Shown here: in pieces, positions 38,205 to 47,204 of the stretch
Layout: the number at the start of each line of letters is the position of its first letter
How positions within the stretch are numbered: the stretch's first letter is position 1
Assembly (NCBI GenBank): GCA_020025075.1
Contig: JAHHSR010000001.1
Coordinates: 43,011 to 107,010 of the forward strand
Direction of reading: 5' to 3'
Length of the DNA stretch: 64,000 bases
Origin: Pectinatus sp.
GTDB lineage: Bacteria > Bacillota > Negativicutes > Selenomonadales > Selenomonadaceae
The notes under the pieces: generated by a model
What the model saw: the letters and a program-made list of their open reading frames with translations, nothing else
Told to the model about the DNA's origin: nothing
Databases searched by the model: none
Position numbers and translations under genes: made by a program

Positions 38205-38279
38205 AATGCACTCCCCTTATAACATGAAAGAGTGGGCTTGCACCCACTCTTTCATCAATTGCTCATTTTTTGCCTTTTT

Positions 38280-38308
38280 ATTATATCACCATTCAAAATA
38301 CTTGTAAA
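38280..38308 (-). promoter_or_regulatory. Candidate sigma-A promoter of the rimP-nusA-infB operon
   Basis: Minus strand reads TTTACA-17 nt-TATAAT with a TG extension (TGATATAAT), 75 nt upstream of the rimP start. Confidence 0.45.
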
Positions 38309-38328
38309 CCTTTCACCGCAGTTTATCT

Positions 38329-38625
38329 TCAATGTCTGCGGCGCAATTCTTCCAGTTTAGCCAAGACATCGGCATCAAGACGGTCCGAAAGAGAATTTCT
38401 TTGAAAAGAAATTTTTTGAGGGACGATATATTCGCGCTTTAATTTCTTTTTTGCCGCCTTGATTCTGCTTCTGAGCTCCTTTACCGTAATGCGGTATGCA
38501 CCGGCTCCCAAGATAGCACTTTGCTCCGCGCCATCTGAAGTCACTACGAAGACATCCTTTCCTTCTCGCACTGCCTGATAGGCGAGCCTTTCAATATAGC
38601 TATCTGCTGTTTCTTTGGCCTTAGT
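38329..38625 (-). CDS. yacP: YacP/Rae1-like NYN-domain ribonuclease, exon 2 (predicted)
   Basis: TKAKETADSYIERLAYQAVREGKDVFVVTSDGAEQSAILGAGAYRITVKEL... matches the C-terminal half of YacP/Rae1 (TKENETADERIEKLA...VATSD in B. subtilis, from memory). Confidence 0.8.
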   Translation of the reverse strand, partial: TKAKETADSYIERLAYQAVREGKDVFVVTSDGAEQSAILGAGAYRITVKELRSRIKAAKKKLKREYIVPQKISFQRNSLSDRLDADVLAKLEELRRRH

Positions 38626-39055
38626 CTGAGTTCCTTCAGAGAAGGGGAATATTCGCACCGGGACGCTGCTCCCGCTGCAGTCTTTTATAGACTTCTTTAG
38701 CTTTCGCTAAAGCATAGACTATATCTTTTCCTTATCCTTTTTAAGGACTTAGGCGGAACCGCTTCGGCTATCAAAAACTTATAGCCTACTTCCACTGGGG
38801 AATAGTCGTTGAACTTTCTCCTGTTCGGAGCTTAGCTGCTGATTGGCAATTAAAAAGCGTTTAGGATTTAACCTTGCACCATCTGACCATTTTTTTCTGC
38901 TTTCGCCACCATCGCGTTCAGGTTTCTTTCAACCTCGCGCTGTGGTATGGCCAGCTTTACGCGTTTCCAGCAATTCAATTCCTTTATGAGATAGCTTTCG
39001 CTACATACTCGTTTCCGAATATGCTTACTATTTTGCCACTTTAGCCGTAGCTTTA
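38626..39055 (-). ncRNA. Group I self-splicing intron, ORF-less (about 430 nt)
   Basis: Sense strand carries P AAUUGCUGGAAA (38975-38964), Q AAUCAGCAGC (38844-38835), R GUUCAACGACUA (38814-38803) and S AAGAUAUAGUCU (38727-38716). P4 UUGCUG/CAGCAG and P7 GACUA/UAGUC pair. P1 has a U.G wobble at the exon end, the 3' terminal nucleotide is G, and there are several GAAA-capped hairpins. Confidence 0.85.
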
Positions 39056-39283
39056 ATAAATCACTTCAAAGTTCTTTCCTAATTTTTCAACAGAACCATT
39101 TGAATCAGTATAAAGAGCATCAAAAACCACCGATGTAAAATAATTTTCATAGGCACTATATTCTCTGAGCATTTCAATGAGCTTATCGCGTGCATAGGCG
39201 AAATCATCTCGCCAACGCATCAATTCTGGCCAGCAATTTAAGACATTGTATCCATCTACAATCATATGCGCCCGCATTGCCAT
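39056..39283 (-). CDS. yacP: YacP/Rae1-like NYN-domain ribonuclease, exon 1 (predicted)
   Basis: MAMRAHMIVDGYNVLNCWPEL...NFEVIY is the N-terminal half of the NYN domain (DGYN motif). In the unspliced frame TAA follows immediately (39055-39053). Lies downstream of rlmB, as yacO-yacP in Bacillus. Confidence 0.8.
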
Positions 39284-39294
39284 TCACCGCCCCA

Positions 39295-40197
39295 TCATTT
39301 ACCGCTGCGCTGCTTTAGTGCCTCATACATCAAAATAGCCGCCGCGTTAGAAGCATTGAGTGAATTTACGCGACCGCACATGGGAATCCGAACTAAAAAG
39401 TCACACGCCTTTTGCACCTGCTGTGAGATGCCTTTGCCTTCACTGCCAATAACCAAAACAAGTGGTCCCTTTAAATCAGCTTCATAATAAGGCATCGTAC
39501 CAGAACTTTCTGCCCCTGTTACCCAAAAGCCATTCTTTTTGAGCTTTTCCAAGGTCATGAGCAGGCTATTGACGCGCACTACCGGCATATACTCTACTGC
39601 ACCAGCAGAAATCATCGAAACAGTTGAAGAAAGTGGGCAACTGCGCCGCTTGGGAATGAGTACGGCATCGGCACCGGCAGCATCTGCCGTCCGGATAATG
39701 GCGCCAAGATTTTGCGGGTCCTCAATTTCATCAAGCATAATTAAAAACGGCGCACGGCCAAGGCGTTCTGCCTTTATAAGGACATCATCTAAATCAGCAT
39801 AATCAATGGGAGCTGTATAAGCGGCAATTCCCTGATGATGCTGCGTACCGGTTAAAAGGTCTAATTTTTTGCGATTGAGCGTATTGACAACGACATGATT
39901 TTTGCGCGCAAGGAAAATTATTTCCTGCAGGGAACCGCCATGCGCGTTTTCAGCGACAATTACCTTATTTATGGAACGTCCATTTTTTAGAGCCTCCCGC
40001 ACAGCATTGCGGCCGTAAATCAAATCGGGAGAAGGTGCTATAGCTTCATTTGGCAAAGAAATAGGTGCCGCTGCCTTCATAGATTCTTTGGGCGGCCTTT
40101 TTTCCTCGCCTTTATCATATCTTGCCGCCGAACGGCGGCTAGCAGGCTTTGACTGCTTATGCTTTATCTGTTTTTTCATCCTTTTTTTCCTTTCCAT
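39295..40197 (-). CDS. rlmB: 23S rRNA (guanosine-2'-O)-methyltransferase RlmB (TrmH family, YacO type)
   Basis: [34 protein letters not shown] and [14 protein letters not shown] (SPOUT motifs). Has a basic N-terminal extension of about 60 aa. Confidence 0.9.
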   Translation of the reverse strand: MERKKRMKKQIKHKQSKPASRRSAARYDKGEEKRPPKESMKAAAPISLPNEAIAPSPDLIYGRNAVREALKNGRSINKVIVAENAHGGSLQEIIFLARKNHVVVNTLNRKKLDLLTGTQHHQGIAAYTAPIDYADLDDVLIKAERLGRAPFLIMLDEIEDPQNLGAIIRTADAAGADAVLIPKRRSCPLSSTVSMISAGAVEYMPVVRVNSLLMTLEKLKKNGFWVTGAESSGTMPYYEADLKGPLVLVIGSEGKGISQQVQKACDFLVRIPMCGRVNSLNASNAAAILMYEALKQRSGK

Positions 40198-40933
40198 CCT
40201 TCAGGCGCTTTTTTATCATCTCGGAAAAATGACCGCAGGTCATCTCTCCTTCTGGGCAACGCCCCGTCTGAACACAGGCGGCGCCGGCATTTTTAAATAA
40301 AAGCGGTGCAACCTTCTTGACTTCTGCCAACATCAAGTCGGCCATCTGCCTTATTTCCCACTGCGCTCTTAAACAGCAACGCAGCGAAAAGAAGTTAAGC
40401 AGTGAACGGGCATTGAAAGTCAAGACCACTTTCGTTTCCGTCGCATTGGCAAGCACATAGCGCGCATCCTCTTTCGGCACGCCTAGCCGCGTAAGCTCTG
40501 CATAGCTTTGCCGCACCTTTTCCATGAGTTCCGAAAAACATCTGCTTGCCGCTTCATTTTGGGCAATCGAAGGCGGCATGATGTACTGAAAATCATGCTC
40601 AGCGACATATCGCTGCGACTGCTGAGAGTATGAGGCAATGCGATGGCGCACGAGCTGATGCGAAAGGACGCGCGAAACACCTTCAACAGCAAAAGTAAAA
40701 CTAACATGCTCTAAAGTGGACATATGGCCAAGGCTGACTATTTTATTGATGAGCTTCGTTACCTGCTCATCGCTGAGCTTTTCCTCCAGTTCTTCTGCTC
40801 CAACAGGAGAATAGCAAAGGCGGGCAGCCATTGCCACCGTCCTTTCCGGCTGCTGCGTGTAGCGCAATAATTTTACTTTCAACATATAAAAACCAGCTGG
40901 CAAGGGCCAGCCATTTTCCTTTCTTTTTATCAT
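40157..40933 (-). CDS. thyX: FAD-dependent thymidylate synthase ThyX (start may be ATG 40885)
   Basis: ThyX motif [14 protein letters not shown], and [11 protein letters not shown]. Its 3' end overlaps the rlmB ORF by 41 nt. Confidence 0.93.
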   Translation of the reverse strand: MIKRKENGWPLPAGFYMLKVKLLRYTQQPERTVAMAARLCYSPVGAEELEEKLSDEQVTKLINKIVSLGHMSTLEHVSFTFAVEGVSRVLSHQLVRHRIASYSQQSQRYVAEHDFQYIMPPSIAQNEAASRCFSELMEKVRQSYAELTRLGVPKEDARYVLANATETKVVLTFNARSLLNFFSLRCCLRAQWEIRQMADLMLAEVKKVAPLLFKNAGAACVQTGRCPEGEMTCGHFSEMIKKRLKDGKEKKDEKTDKA

Positions 40934-40988
40934 TAACCCACAAAAGCGACTATTATAAAATAGTCGCTTTTGTGCCTATCCATCTATT

Positions 40989-42494
40989 TTATTCGCGGGA
41001 GAACTTATCCTTCAAGATGACATCATGCGAGCCGCCTTCGACAATACTCGTCGCCGAAACGAGCGTCAATTTAGCCTTTTGCTGAAATTCCTTAATCGTC
41101 AAAGCGCCGCAGTTGCACATCGTCGAACGCATCTTGCTAAGAGAAAGAGAAACGTTATCCTTAAGCGAGCCAGCATACGGCACATAAGAATCAACGCCTT
41201 CTTCAAACGAGAGCTTCTTTTCGCCGCCCATATCATAACGCTGCCAATTGCGCGCACGATTGGAGCCTTCACCCCAATATTCCTTGAGATACGTGCCGTT
41301 GATGCGGACTTTATTGGTCGGGCTTTCATCAAAGCGCGAGAAATAGCGGCCGAGCATCATAAAATCAGCGCCCATCGCCAAAGCCAGTGTCATGTGATAG
41401 TCATTGACAATGCCGCCGTCAGAGCAAATGGGGATATAAACGCCCGTTTCTTTATAATATTCATCGCGCGCCCGTGCCACATCAATTACAGAGGTAGCCT
41501 GACCACGGCCAATCCCCTTTGTTTCGCGCGTAATGCAGATAGAACCACCGCCAATGCCGACCTTAATAAAGTCAGCGCCAGCTTCTGCCAAGAAACGGAA
41601 ACCTTCTGCATCGACGACATTGCCCGCTCCGACCATTACCTTATCGCCAAAATTTTCATGAATGTACTTCAAGGTAATCCGCTGCCATTCGCTAAAACCT
41701 TCCGAAGAGTCAATGCAAAGAACATCGGCACCCGCTTCTAAAAGTGCGGGCACGCGCTGTGCATAATCGCGCGTGTTGATACCCGCGCCGACGATATAAC
41801 GTTTTTTGCTGTCGATGAGCTCATCTTTGTGCTCCTTGTTATCGGTATAGTCTTTACGAAATACCATATAGCGAAGGCGCTGATTCTTGTCTACGAGAGG
41901 CAGCATATTGAGCTTATTATCCCAAATGATATCATTGGCTGCCGATAAAGAAGTAGTTTCGGCATCGGCATAGATTAGCTTTTCAAACGGCGTCATAAAT
42001 TCACAAGCGGGCGTATCCATGGACATGCGCGTAATGCGGTAATCGCGGCTTGTCACGATGCCGAGCAGCTTGCCAGTCGGCGTACCATCTTCCGTCACGG
42101 CCATTGTCGAATGGCCAGTCTTATCCTTTAATTCCAAGATTTCGCCCAGCTTCGTCGAAGGCTTGATATTTGAGTCGCTGCTCACAAAACCAGATTTATA
42201 ATTTTTGACGCGCATAACCATTTCTGCCTGGTCTTCAATTGACTGCGAGCCATAAATAAAGGAAATACCACCTTCCTTGGCAAGGGCAATCGCCATCGTG
42301 TCATTTGATACGGCCTGCATGATAGCCGAGGTCATCGGTATATTCAAGCTGATGCGCGGTTCTTCACCCTTTTTAAATTTGACGAGCGGTGTTTTTAAAG
42401 ATACATTAGCAGGAATGCACTTGTCGGACGAGTAGCCCGGCACCAACAGATATTCTCCAAAAGTATGGGATGGTTCTTCGTAAAAGTATGCCAA
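40989..42494 (-). CDS. guaB: IMP dehydrogenase (Tritrichomonas/Borrelia-type GuaB with CBS pair)
   Basis: 501 aa, [23 protein letters not shown]..., catalytic loop [12 protein letters not shown]. Very similar by eye to the remembered T. foetus IMPDH N-terminus. Confidence 0.88.
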   Translation of the reverse strand: MAYFYEEPSHTFGEYLLVPGYSSDKCIPANVSLKTPLVKFKKGEEPRISLNIPMTSAIMQAVSNDTMAIALAKEGGISFIYGSQSIEDQAEMVMRVKNYKSGFVSSDSNIKPSTKLGEILELKDKTGHSTMAVTEDGTPTGKLLGIVTSRDYRITRMSMDTPACEFMTPFEKLIYADAETTSLSAANDIIWDNKLNMLPLVDKNQRLRYMVFRKDYTDNKEHKDELIDSKKRYIVGAGINTRDYAQRVPALLEAGADVLCIDSSEGFSEWQRITLKYIHENFGDKVMVGAGNVVDAEGFRFLAEAGADFIKVGIGGGSICITRETKGIGRGQATSVIDVARARDEYYKETGVYIPICSDGGIVNDYHMTLALAMGADFMMLGRYFSRFDESPTNKVRINGTYLKEYWGEGSNRARNWQRYDMGGEKKLSFEEGVDSYVPYAGSLKDNVSLSLSKMRSTMCNCGALTIKEFQQKAKLTLVSATSIVEGGSHDVILKDKFSRE

Positions 42495-42614
42495 AACAAC
42501 TACCTCTTCTCTCTTAATGTTTTAAATAAAAATAATAATACAATTGGCGTTTCATGTCAATAGAAAGCCGTAAAATAATAGCGGCAATAGCCGCTTGATT
42601 GAAATTATTATAAC

Positions 42615-42642
42615 AAAAAACTGCTGTTTTTAGCAACAGCAG
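42615..42642 (-). terminator. Intrinsic terminator after recX
   Basis: Minus strand reads CUGCUGUU-GCUAAA-AACAGCAG followed by UUUUUU. Confidence 0.65.
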
Positions 42643-42684
42643 TTCATTACCATCACGAGAAAAAGTCATGGGGAAAAATGAGCC

Positions 42685-43182
42685 TTAATAAAATTCATCC
42701 GTATCTGCATTTTCTTCCTGGCGCTCGGTCATAAAAAGGCGCACAGCACGACTGCTATCTGCGGCAGAAAATCCCTTGCGGTAAAGGTACTGAAAATATT
42801 TTTCGCGCGTTTGCGGACGGAGAAAATGCTGGCGTAAAAGGCTCAAAGCCGTTTCTTCGCCATAAGAATCAGTATCCATTTGCGCAAGGCTCGCCTCTAC
42901 GAGTTCCTTAGAAAAGCCTTTCGCCTGCAATTTAACGCGAATAGCCAGCAAGCTATTTTTTCTTTCCTGCAAATAAAGGCGGCACTGCCGCAAGCAAAGC
43001 CCTTCATCATCGAGATAATGGCGCGCCCGCAGCTTCGATAGAGCCGTTTCAATTTCCGAAGGCGAATACAAGCAACGCCGCAGCTTATCACCTAGCTGCT
43101 TTTCGCTGTAATCGCGCACGGAAAGCCAGTCAACAGCCTTTTCTAGGGCTGTTTTAGATGGTTTACTTTTCTGCCTGTTCAT
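42685..43182 (-). CDS. recX: Recombination regulator RecX
   Basis: 165-aa helical-repeat protein ([19 protein letters not shown]...). Overlaps the recA 3' end by 20 nt. Confidence 0.85.
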   Translation of the reverse strand: MNRQKSKPSKTALEKAVDWLSVRDYSEKQLGDKLRRCLYSPSEIETALSKLRARHYLDDEGLCLRQCRLYLQERKNSLLAIRVKLQAKGFSKELVEASLAQMDTDSYGEETALSLLRQHFLRPQTREKYFQYLYRKGFSAADSSRAVRLFMTERQEENADTDEFY

Positions 43183-44287
43183 CTTTTGCCTGAGGCTTAT
43201 CTAAAGAAGCCGCCTTTTTAACAGCCGGTGCCGCTTCCTTACTCTTTTCTTTAGCCATATCTTTTTCTTCTTCTGGCTGATTTTCCTTTTGCACCTTCGC
43301 TCTTATTTTATCTTCTATTTCTTGGGCTAGCTGCGGATTTTCTTTTAAGAATTGCTTGGCATTTTCCTTGCCTTGCCCCAAGCGCGTGCCAGCATAGGAA
43401 TACCACGTACCGCTTTTGTCGATAATATCCATAGAGCTGCCAAGGTCAATAATGCAGCCTTCACGCGAAACACCTTCACCGTACATGATGTCAAATTCAG
43501 CCTGCTTGAAAGGCGGTGCAACCTTATTTTTGACAACCTTGATGCGCGTCCGATTGCCGATTACCTCATTGCCCTGCTTGATGGAATCAATGCGGCGCAC
43601 GTCAAGTCTGATAGTCGCATAAAATTTAAGAGCGCGTCCACCCGTTGTCGTCTCCGGATTGCCAAACATGACGCCAACTTTTTCACGAATCTGGTTAATA
43701 AATACGGCCGTCGTACGCGATTTGCTGATATAACCGGTGAGCTTGCGCATAGCCTGCGACATGAGGCGGGCCTGCAAGCCAACGTGAGAATCCCCCATTT
43801 CCCCTTCAATTTCAGCCTTGGGGACAAGCGCTGCCACTGAGTCGATGATGATAATATCAATGGCGCCGCTTCTGACAAGCGCATCAGCTATATCCAGTGC
43901 TTGCTCGCCGTTATCCGGCTGCGCCAAAAGCAGATTATCGACATCAACGCCGAGGCGCTTGGCGTAGACGGGGTCTAGCGCATGCTCTGCATCAATAAAG
44001 GCTGCCGTGCCACCAGCTTTTTGTGCCTCGGCAATCATATGCAAGGCAATAGTGGTCTTACCAGATGATTCTGGACCATAGACCTCAATAATTCTGCCGC
44101 GCGGCACGCCACCCACGCCCAAGGCAATATCAAGGGACAAATTTCCCGTATGAATTACCTCGATATTCATATTTACAGCCGCTTCTCCCAGGCGCATAAT
44201 CGCCCCTTTACCAAAGTCGCGTTCAATCTGCTTTAGGGCATTTTCCAGTGCCTGTTCTTTATTCATTGCTTGATTTTTATCTACCAT
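43163..44287 (-). CDS. recA: Recombinase RecA
   Basis: GPESSGKTT Walker [11 protein letters not shown] and [21 protein letters not shown]. Has a K/E-rich C-terminal tail. Confidence 0.97.
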   Translation of the reverse strand: MVDKNQAMNKEQALENALKQIERDFGKGAIMRLGEAAVNMNIEVIHTGNLSLDIALGVGGVPRGRIIEVYGPESSGKTTIALHMIAEAQKAGGTAAFIDAEHALDPVYAKRLGVDVDNLLLAQPDNGEQALDIADALVRSGAIDIIIIDSVAALVPKAEIEGEMGDSHVGLQARLMSQAMRKLTGYISKSRTTAVFINQIREKVGVMFGNPETTTGGRALKFYATIRLDVRRIDSIKQGNEVIGNRTRIKVVKNKVAPPFKQAEFDIMYGEGVSREGCIIDLGSSMDIIDKSGTWYSYAGTRLGQGKENAKQFLKENPQLAQEIEDKIRAKVQKENQPEEEKDMAKEKSKEAAPAVKKAASLDKPQAKDEQAEK

Positions 44288-44418
44288 TTATCGAAAATCA
44301 ACCTTTCCAAAACTCAATTAAGTCAGTGAAAATAAGTGTCATTACTTTGATTATACAAAAATCAAGCTAGAAAAGCAATAAAAAAATAAAGAAATCCGAA
44401 TATAGCTGTAAATATATC

Positions 44419-45189
44419 TTAACTACAAGTCAAACCGCCATCAACCGTCCATGCTGCCCCCGTCACAAATGATGCCTTTTCAGAGGCCAAGAAAAAGACA
44501 ACCTCGGCAATTTCCTGTGCCGTGCCAATGCGACCCAGCGGATAAAGGGCTTCCGTCGCCTTTTTAATATCGTCGCTCGTATACTGCGCATCGGTAAGCG
44601 GCGTATCAATATCGCCAGGGCAAACGCAATTGACGCGTATGCCATACATTGCCAGCTCAAGTGCCAAAGCCTTGCTAAAGACCGTAATGGCACCTTTAGC
44701 GGCACAATAGGCCGTGCAGTAATAGTTGCCATTTAATCCTGCATCCGAAGAAAGGTTGACAATAGCCGGATTTTGCTCGCTGCCTTTTAAATGCGGCAAA
44801 AGATACTTGCACATAAAATACGTTCCCTTGACATTGACATTCATTATTTCGTCAAACGCTTCTTCTTCCATGTCGTCAATAGCTCTTTCGCAATAACGGC
44901 CAGCCGAATTTACCAAAACATCAATAGTGCCAAAATATTTGCTGATGATTTGTGCTAATTTTTTACATTCTTCAACTTTTCCTACATCTGCTTCCAAGAA
45001 ATGATAGCGGCCAGCATCGCCTTCCGGCAAATCCTTGAGCACAGCTTCATACTTGTGCTTATGCCTTCCAATGGCAATTATATTGTCGCCATTGCGCAAA
45101 AAAATCTTGGCTGTCGCAGCACCAATGCCAGACGTGCCGCCTGTAATTACTATATTTCGCAAATTTATCGCCACCATTCCATGCGGCAT
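44419..45189 (-). CDS. Short-chain dehydrogenase/reductase (SDR) family oxidoreductase (start may be 45177)
   Basis: TGGTSGIGAATA cofactor motif, NSAG, and YCAAKGA (YxxxK). Confidence 0.85.
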   Translation of the reverse strand: MPHGMVAINLRNIVITGGTSGIGAATAKIFLRNGDNIIAIGRHKHKYEAVLKDLPEGDAGRYHFLEADVGKVEECKKLAQIISKYFGTIDVLVNSAGRYCERAIDDMEEEAFDEIMNVNVKGTYFMCKYLLPHLKGSEQNPAIVNLSSDAGLNGNYYCTAYCAAKGAITVFSKALALELAMYGIRVNCVCPGDIDTPLTDAQYTSDDIKKATEALYPLGRIGTAQEIAEVVFFLASEKASFVTGAAWTVDGGLTCS

Positions 45190-45298
45190 GAAATGATAGA
45201 CTAATCACCCCTTTTTCTAGTTTTTCACCCCGCCGCTAAGGTAATCTAAAGCAAAAGCACCATCTTATTGTAAATGGGCCTTTCTCCTCAATAGGGTT

Positions 45299-45330
45299 AA
45301 AAAAATGCAGAGTCCATTGCAGACTCTGCG
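45299..45330 (-). terminator. Intrinsic terminator after hup
   Basis: Minus strand reads GCAGAGUC-UGCAAUG-GACUCUGC followed by U7. Confidence 0.7.
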
Positions 45331-45345
45331 TAACAGAAAATCAAA

Positions 45346-45621
45346 TCAGTTGTTTACGGCATCTTTCAACGCTTTGCCTGCTTTAAATACAGGGTTCTTA
45401 GATGCGGCAATGGTAATTTCCTTGCCATTTTGCGGATTTCTTCCCTTGCGGGCAGCACGTTCTCTTACTTCAAATGTACCAAAGCCGATAATCTGAACTT
45501 TATCTTCCGCTACTAATGCGCTTTGCACGCTTGCAAAAACTGCATTTACAGCCTTTTCTGCATCTTTTTTGGTCAAACCAGCTTGTTCAGCAACGCTGGC
45601 AACTAATTCGGTTTTATTCAC
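45346..45621 (-). CDS. hup: DNA-binding protein HU
   Basis: 91 aa, MNKTELV...[24 protein letters not shown]. Confidence 0.93.
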   Translation of the reverse strand: MNKTELVASVAEQAGLTKKDAEKAVNAVFASVQSALVAEDKVQIIGFGTFEVRERAARKGRNPQNGKEITIAASKNPVFKAGKALKDAVNN

Positions 45622-45736
45622 GAATATAGCCTCCTTTTCATTTCTTACCTTCTTTCAATTCGCTATGATACCCTTTATTCCTTTTTTTTGCAAGGTTTTT
45701 TCTTGTTTTTAACAAAAAAAACCAAAAAAACCCCTC

Positions 45737-47203
45737 TTATTTGCGATTTTGATTTTCATTATTTTCATATTGCTTTGCCGCAAGCCAAAATTCGTCAAGC
45801 TGTGCCAAGCTAAATTCCGACCATCGCTTCTTGCTCGCCTTGACGCGCGCTTCAACATAAAGAAAGCGCCGCAAAAATTTTTGTGCCGCCTCGCGCAGGG
45901 TCTGTTCACAATCGAGCTTTAAAAAGCGGCCAACATTGACGAGGCTAAACAGCAAATCGCCGTATTCTTCTTTTATGTGCTCAGATTCTCCTGCCTGCAC
46001 AGCCTCTTTTAGCTCATCTTTTTCTTCCTCAAATTTTTTCCACGCTTCTGGCAAGGAATGAAAATCAAAGCCCACTGCCGCTGCCTTTTTTTGCATTTTT
46101 TGCGCGCGCATGAGCGCAGGCAAATCCTTCGGTATGCCATCTAAGGCCGATTGGCGTTCCTTTTTTTCCGCTTTTTTTATCTTCTCCCAATTATCTGCAA
46201 CCTCTTGGCTCGTTTTTGCCGAAGCATTGCCAAAGACATGCGGATGGCGCCTAATAAGCTTTTCACATATTCCCCTTACAACATCATGCATGGCAAAATC
46301 GCCTTGCTCTTGTGCAATGCGCGCTTGAAAGGCAATATGAAGCAAAAGGTCGCCGAGTTCTTCTTGTAAAAGTTCTGCATCTTCTAAATCAATCGCTTCA
46401 ATGACTTCATACGCTTCTTCCAGCAGCTTATTTCGCAAAGAAAGGGAGGTTTGCTCCCTATCCCATGGGCAGCCATTTTCGCTGCGCAATTTAGCTAAAA
46501 TTTCTTCCAGTGCTTCGAGCCTGCCCGAGCAATTTTTTGCCGGCGGCACATAAATACTCGTCAAATAATCAATATCCTTTTGACGGTCAAGCTCATAAAG
46601 CGGCAGCGAGACCACCCGCTCCTCGAGCAGCCCGAGCCTATTTAAGAGGACGATTTCAAAATCATCGCCCAATGCCTCATTCAAAGTAAGCTTTACTTCT
46701 GAAGCCATTTCCCGGTCATAAACCTGCGTAATAATCGTCCCGTTTGCCAAATTAGGCAATGCCCTGCGGACTGCAAAGGCATCGGTAATCAATAGCCCTT
46801 GAATCGGGTCAAGCGAGAGTCGGTTATAGACAAGGTCCAAAAAGCTCATCGCCGGTTCAATTTGCAGCTGAACCTCACCTGCTTTTTGCTTTTGGCGCAG
46901 CATGACGACCGTGCGCTCGGCAACGAGGGGGCTGCCGGGTACAGCATAGACGATATCACTCTTTTGGGCCCTTTCGCAAAGGACCATACAAATCCGTTCG
47001 TAGACGGCATCAAAAGACGGTGCCGATTCATAAAAATCATCAAAAGTTTCGTATTTTATGCCTGCTTTTTCTAATCCCATAGCAGCCGGATGCACTTTTG
47101 TCCGCAAATAAAGCGCCTTAGCATTGTTCATAATCTGCCACGTGCGCTGCGTGATGAGTTCCTCGGTCGAAGGCCCCAGGCCAACGATAGTTATCTTGCC
47201 CAT
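45737..47203 (-). CDS. mazG: YabN-type fusion: tetrapyrrole-methylase-like domain + MazG NTP pyrophosphohydrolase
   Basis: N-terminal ITIVGLGP... methylase fold. C-terminal MazG repeats (EEAYEVIEAI, EELGDLLLHI; EEYGDLLFSLVN). Lies directly downstream of mfd, as in Bacillus. Confidence 0.88.
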   Translation of the reverse strand: MGKITIVGLGPSTEELITQRTWQIMNNAKALYLRTKVHPAAMGLEKAGIKYETFDDFYESAPSFDAVYERICMVLCERAQKSDIVYAVPGSPLVAERTVVMLRQKQKAGEVQLQIEPAMSFLDLVYNRLSLDPIQGLLITDAFAVRRALPNLANGTIITQVYDREMASEVKLTLNEALGDDFEIVLLNRLGLLEERVVSLPLYELDRQKDIDYLTSIYVPPAKNCSGRLEALEEILAKLRSENGCPWDREQTSLSLRNKLLEEAYEVIEAIDLEDAELLQEELGDLLLHIAFQARIAQEQGDFAMHDVVRGICEKLIRRHPHVFGNASAKTSQEVADNWEKIKKAEKKERQSALDGIPKDLPALMRAQKMQKKAAAVGFDFHSLPEAWKKFEEEKDELKEAVQAGESEHIKEEYGDLLFSLVNVGRFLKLDCEQTLREAAQKFLRRFLYVEARVKASKKRWSEFSLAQLDEFWLAAKQYENNENQNRK

Positions 47204-47204
47204 T

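Noticed and set aside
38659-39052. The split yacP first looked like a pseudogene disrupted by an IS remnant or MITE.
   Set aside because: There are no terminal inverted repeats, target-site duplication or transposase fragment. Instead the insert has the ordered P/Q/R/S group I core with compensatory pairings, and both exons remain intact and in frame.
41025-41741. 238-aa plus-strand ORF.
   Set aside because: It lies entirely antisense to the well-supported IMP dehydrogenase gene and has no recognisable motifs.
43352-43840. 162-aa plus-strand ORF.
   Set aside because: It is antisense to recA. It is a shadow ORF.
44288-44418. Looked for a LexA (Cheo-type GAAC-N4-GTTC) box upstream of recA.
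   Set aside because: No GAAC/GTTC palindrome is visible by eye in the recA upstream region. SOS regulation cannot be asserted from this window.
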